DNA of 64,000 nt from Obrimoposthia wandeli (Eukaryota): positions 3,596,001 through 3,660,000 of the forward strand of contig CDROCS010000253.1 in the NCBI GenBank assembly GCA_977020255.1, in the 5' to 3' direction. A program made the position numbers and the translations under genes. How positions within the stretch are numbered: position 1 is the first letter of the stretch; every line of letters begins with the position of its first letter. Under the pieces are notes generated by a model, which had not been told where the DNA came from, made no database searches, and saw only the letters and a program-made list of their open reading frames with translations. Positions 61,201 to 64,000 of this stretch are shown here, one piece after another.

Positions 61201-61255
61201 GTCCAACACCCGAATAAGGTGTCGGCTGCACGACACCTATTCTTATTTGTTATAT
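61201..61255 (-). repeat. Short (55-bp) attC site
   Basis: Minus strand ATATAAC-AAATAAGAATAGGTGTCG-TGCAGC-CGACACCTTATTCGGGT-GTTGGAC, 4 bp after the stop of the 61260 ORF. Confidence 0.78.
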
Positions 61256-61259
61256 GCGT

Positions 61260-61555
61260 TTACTCATTAACTGAAGTGGATTTATGCTCACAAGAAACTA
61301 CTGCTGCACATAAACCACTAAATGCTAACACGCAGACTGAAGAAACTATTCCCCATATTGAAATCATAATTGCGGGACCACTATTACTTGGTACAGTCAT
61401 AGTCATTCCATTTCCAAAATTCGTAGTTCCGCCAGAGCCACCAAAAACACCGTAAATACCTATAAAAACAGTGATTATAAATAAGTACACCAAGCACCCG
61501 AGAAGCAATAAGTAAGATTTTCAGTTCTGATTTTTGAGTATGGATAAAGTTTCAT
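61260..61555 (-). pseudogene. Small membrane-protein cassette gene, probably frameshifted
   Basis: AAAGGA RBS plus ATG at 61555 reads only 26 codons; the hydrophobic body (track ORF 61260-61508) is in another frame. Confidence 0.55.
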
Positions 61556-61596
61556 ATTATTCCTTTAATGTGAATTTAACTTGACGTGGGGAGTCA

Positions 61597-61683
61597 TACC
61601 AAAGCCTTTCTAAGCAGAAAATAATGGTTAGCTATAATTACGAAGCGATGGCCAACTGTTATTTTTCCGTTTAAGCAACTTGT
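61597..61683 (-). repeat. attC site interrupted at its inverse core
   Basis: Close paralogue of 63381-63470 (TAAGC.GA...CGAAGCGATGGCCAACTGTT..TT..CCGTTTAAGCAACTT); ends at TTGT where intron-like sequence begins. Confidence 0.75.
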
Positions 61684-61874
61684 GTACGCCCAGCATGGGC
61701 ATGAACTAATGAGGTAAAAGTCCTCTGTAGGAAGATCACCGTTTAGTTAACTGATTGTTATTAAACACTAAATACTAGCGAATGGCAAGGGCTTAGGCTA
61801 GAGGTGAGTTGGCACAAGACGACGAAACCACGTGATCTAATGGCCACCGTAAATGATGCAGCAGTGCAAAGAAG
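61684..61874 (+). mobile_element. 5' remnant (part of domain I) of a group IIC-attC intron, no RT ORF
   Basis: GTACGCCCAGCATGGGC start, GAGGTAAAAGTCCTC hairpin, ACTAGCGAATGGCAAGGG, CGTAAATGATGCAG; inserted antisense to the cassettes after attC TTGT. Confidence 0.7.
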
Positions 61875-62049
61875 CGAACCAGATGAAAACTCTTTATTGA
61901 CTTGTTAGTTGCTATTTATTAAAAGCGCAATAGAAGCAATAATTTACCATGTTTATTTGATAAGTGAAAGACACAAAAAACATCTCCGTACTACACGAAT
62001 AACGTGAACTTTGAGCCTTAAAAAGTAAAGCTAGCTTGGTAATTAAACT

Positions 62050-62105
62050 GAGTAAGGCGAAAACTTGATTGGGCAAAAGCCAACTGTACTTTGTCCTTGT
62101 TTAAC
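62050..62105 (-). repeat. Heavily degraded attC remnant
   Basis: AGCCAACTGTACTTTGTCC matches AGCCAACTGTATTTTGTCC of the 58934 site; lies just after the CPBP stop. Confidence 0.4.
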
Positions 62106-62108
62106 AGC

Positions 62109-62924
62109 TTAAGTGCAATGACTTAAGGATTCATTAAAGCGCTTTTTATTAAACGCTACAACAAAAATTATAATAATGCCAAATATCGCAAATGCGGCTC
62201 CAAACTCCCCAACGACATATTCAGTTTTACCTGTATTTACGGTCAACAGGTCGAATACATGCTGAATATACAAGTTGTGACTACTGTGCAAAAACAATCC
62301 TGTCCATAAGCTCCCAGATTTAATTCTGAACCAAGTGTAAATGAAATTTGTACCTATAATCATAAGCGAAAAACACACTAACTGATAAAAAACACTCACC
62401 TCAGTGCCGTATAACCCTAGAACGATAATGGGGTAATGCCATACAGACCAAATAACACCAATAATTAATGAAATTTGAAATGGACTATATTTTTGAAACA
62501 ATTTTGGAGTTAAATAGCCACGCCAACCAATCTCTTCGCCTACAGCAGAATGGGCTGCATAAAGAGTACCTTCAGCGAATAGTGCTAGCATTGAAATAAA
62601 TGCAACACTTGTTACATACGTAGAATCTAATCCTCCATAACTGCCTAATGGAGTAAGCCAAACAACTCCGTATACAAGTAAACTGTATAAGATTGGAGTA
62701 AGATAACTCAAGACTTGGTATTTAACTTTACCAAGTCTCCAACCAAATGATTTTAAATTATTTTTAAATAAAAAAGCAGTTAATAAGCCTGATAAACCGG
62801 GGCCCCATGCAAAACCTAAAAGCCATCCAGTATTATCAGTTGTTACCCACAAATAAGTAAAAATAGAACTTATTGAAAATGTTAAGATCAAAAATATGCA
62901 GACTTCAAACCTTACATTTTTCAA
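62109..62924 (-). CDS. CPBP (CAAX/Abi) intramembrane metalloprotease
   Basis: GEEIGWRGY, GVIWSVWHYP, HSSHN motifs. Confidence 0.92.
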   Translation of the reverse strand: MKNVRFEVCIFLILTFSISSIFTYLWVTTDNTGWLLGFAWGPGLSGLLTAFLFKNNLKSFGWRLGKVKYQVLSYLTPILYSLLVYGVVWLTPLGSYGGLDSTYVTSVAFISMLALFAEGTLYAAHSAVGEEIGWRGYLTPKLFQKYSPFQISLIIGVIWSVWHYPIIVLGLYGTEVSVFYQLVCFSLMIIGTNFIYTWFRIKSGSLWTGLFLHSSHNLYIQHVFDLLTVNTGKTEYVVGEFGAAFAIFGIIIIFVVAFNKKRFNESLSHCT

Positions 62925-62975
62925 TCAATATCTTCCTTATTATTTTAATACACATAACTACAAGAATACTCTAGG

Positions 62976-63076
62976 CACCAACGCCCACGTTAAGGGGCAA
63001 TAATAAAGTTGGCTAAAATGTTGAGGAACGAAAAACAACAAACTGTTTTAAGTCCTAGTTTATTTGCTTGTTATAG
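62976..63076 (-). repeat. attC site (101 bp), both cores intact
   Basis: Minus strand CTATAAC-AAGCAAATAAACTAGGAC...GCCCCTTAACGTGGGC-GTTGGTG, 6 bp after the excalibur gene stop; right end resembles VCR (GCCCCTTAGGCGGGCGTT). Confidence 0.82.
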
Positions 63077-63082
63077 GTTTAA

Positions 63083-63361
63083 TCACCTACCTTTATTAAA
63101 CTGCCTTTCGCATGGAGTACCGTCATTATCACCATCCATTTTGGTATTAGGGCAATGTTCGATGAAGTATTTAGCTTCAGCATAAGACTTCATTTGCGAG
63201 CAATGCTGCCTACCGTCGCACTTAAATTTGGTATTAGATTTCTGCTTTTTAGTTGTAACTTTTTTATCTGGAGCTTTAGAGTACTGGTTAGCTGAACTTG
63301 TAGCAGAAAAAGCTAAAATACAGCACAGGCTTATTAAGATAATTGGATATGAATTTTTCAA
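63083..63361 (-). CDS. Secreted excalibur calcium-binding domain protein
   Basis: Signal peptide; CDGRQHCSQM...CPNTKMDGDNDGTPCE. Confidence 0.88.
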   Translation of the reverse strand: MKNSYPIILISLCCILAFSATSSANQYSKAPDKKVTTKKQKSNTKFKCDGRQHCSQMKSYAEAKYFIEHCPNTKMDGDNDGTPCERQFNKGR

Positions 63362-63380
63362 TGTACACCTTCCTTGTGGA

Positions 63381-63470
63381 ACCTATAGACTTGCTAAGCG
63401 GATAAAAACAGTTGGCTATAATCGCGAAGCGATGGCCAACTGTTTTTATTCCGTTTAAGCAACTTATATG
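63381..63470 (-). repeat. attC site with both core GTT triplets destroyed
   Basis: Perfect 15-bp inner IR ATAAAAACAGTTGGC/GCCAACTGTTTTTAT; ends ACCTATAG (for ACCTAAC) and CAACTT-ATATG (GTT missing). Confidence 0.75.
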
Positions 63471-63473
63471 ATT

Positions 63474-63851
63474 TTATAAGTGACTACCCGCGTAATGGGC
63501 AATTGCATCACCTAAATAATTAACCATTTCTGGATGATACGAATTGTGAAACTTTTTCATATCGTCATTTTCTTTATAAAATATTCCCATGCCTATATAT
63601 GCTTCTTTGGATGGGGTATAGAAACGACAAGCTATTTCAAAGTGTTCTTTCATTAACTCTTGAACACTTTCATTATCAACGGCTGTCTCATCGGCGTACT
63701 TTGCTAATTTTTTATACAGAATATCCCAGTCTTGATAGACAAGCTCTCTATTAACATGCGCCCAATTATCTGTTGTTGATAAGCTGTGAGTTTGCTCCAC
63801 ATTAAGAGCATTTTTACATTTTCCTAAATATTCTTTACTTAATTTATTCAT
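63474..63851 (-). CDS. Stand-alone TipAS antibiotic-recognition-domain protein (ATG 63851; track start 63860 is a TTG)
   Basis: VQELMKEHFEIACRFYTPSKEAYIGMGIFY...YLGDAIAHYA resembles TipAS. Confidence 0.75.
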   Translation of the reverse strand: MNKLSKEYLGKCKNALNVEQTHSLSTTDNWAHVNRELVYQDWDILYKKLAKYADETAVDNESVQELMKEHFEIACRFYTPSKEAYIGMGIFYKENDDMKKFHNSYHPEMVNYLGDAIAHYAGSHL

Positions 63852-63854
63852 CTG

Positions 63855-63907
63855 GGACAACCAGCTGCGCTTAAGTGTAGTGTCCGACTTGAATTATCTT
63901 GTTATTT
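63855..63907 (-). repeat. Short attC-like site upstream of the TipAS cassette
   Basis: Minus strand AAATAAC-AAGATA-ATTCAAGT...ACTTAAG...GTTGTCC; TT(C)AAGT/ACTTAA pairing with an extrahelical base; ATG starts 4 nt after the core. Confidence 0.55.
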
Positions 63908-64000
63908 GATGGTATCGGAAAACTACTAACGATAACAAGAGCTTTAATAAGTTTGGCGGCCCGACCGTAGAACTAAAAAGTGCCCAGCGCCACGACTAAC

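Noticed and set aside
61093-61455. 120-aa plus-strand ORF
   Set aside because: Antisense to the IS remnant, an attC site and the membrane-protein gene; no recognisable features.
58054-64000. Complete integron or active retroelement
   Set aside because: No tyrosine-recombinase (intI) or reverse-transcriptase ORF, and no intron domain V, is visible in the window.
63908-64000. Possible further attC arm (TAACAAGAGCTTTAA on plus) or gene tail at the window edge
   Set aside because: Orientation conflicts with the rest of the array and the sequence is cut off; cannot be resolved here.

Overview
AT-rich Alteromonadales chromosomal window; gene content and order suggest Colwellia or a close relative (inference). 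1-53.6 kb is mostly core genome: truncated gdhB, a DUF1302-DUF1329-YCF48-RND envelope operon, pepN, nhaC, msrC-proQ-prc, an ECF sigma/FecR/TonB-dependent receptor trio, the methylcitrate operon prpR-prpB-prpC-acnD-prpF, a tRNA operon (Ala-GGC + 6 x Glu-TTC), yvcK, dcd, apbC, metG, rcsF-tsaA, slyD and sbcDC. ERIC/MITE-like palindromic repeats are scattered through the intergenic regions. The most notable part is about 58-64 kb, which the ORF track does not explain. It is a decaying integron-type cassette array (minus-strand cassettes separated by attC-like sites, no integrase in the window). It carries the 5' remnant of an apparent group IIC-attC intron at the TTGT site of one attC and an IS1182-like remnant whose two ends both coincide with attC core (GTT) sites. 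Other leads: a TonB receptor with a second internal RBS and signal peptide behind its signalling domain, PsrA/FadR-like boxes upstream of the DUF1302 operon, and a very acidic small protein inside msrC-proQ-prc. All calls come from reading the sequence by eye; no searches were run.
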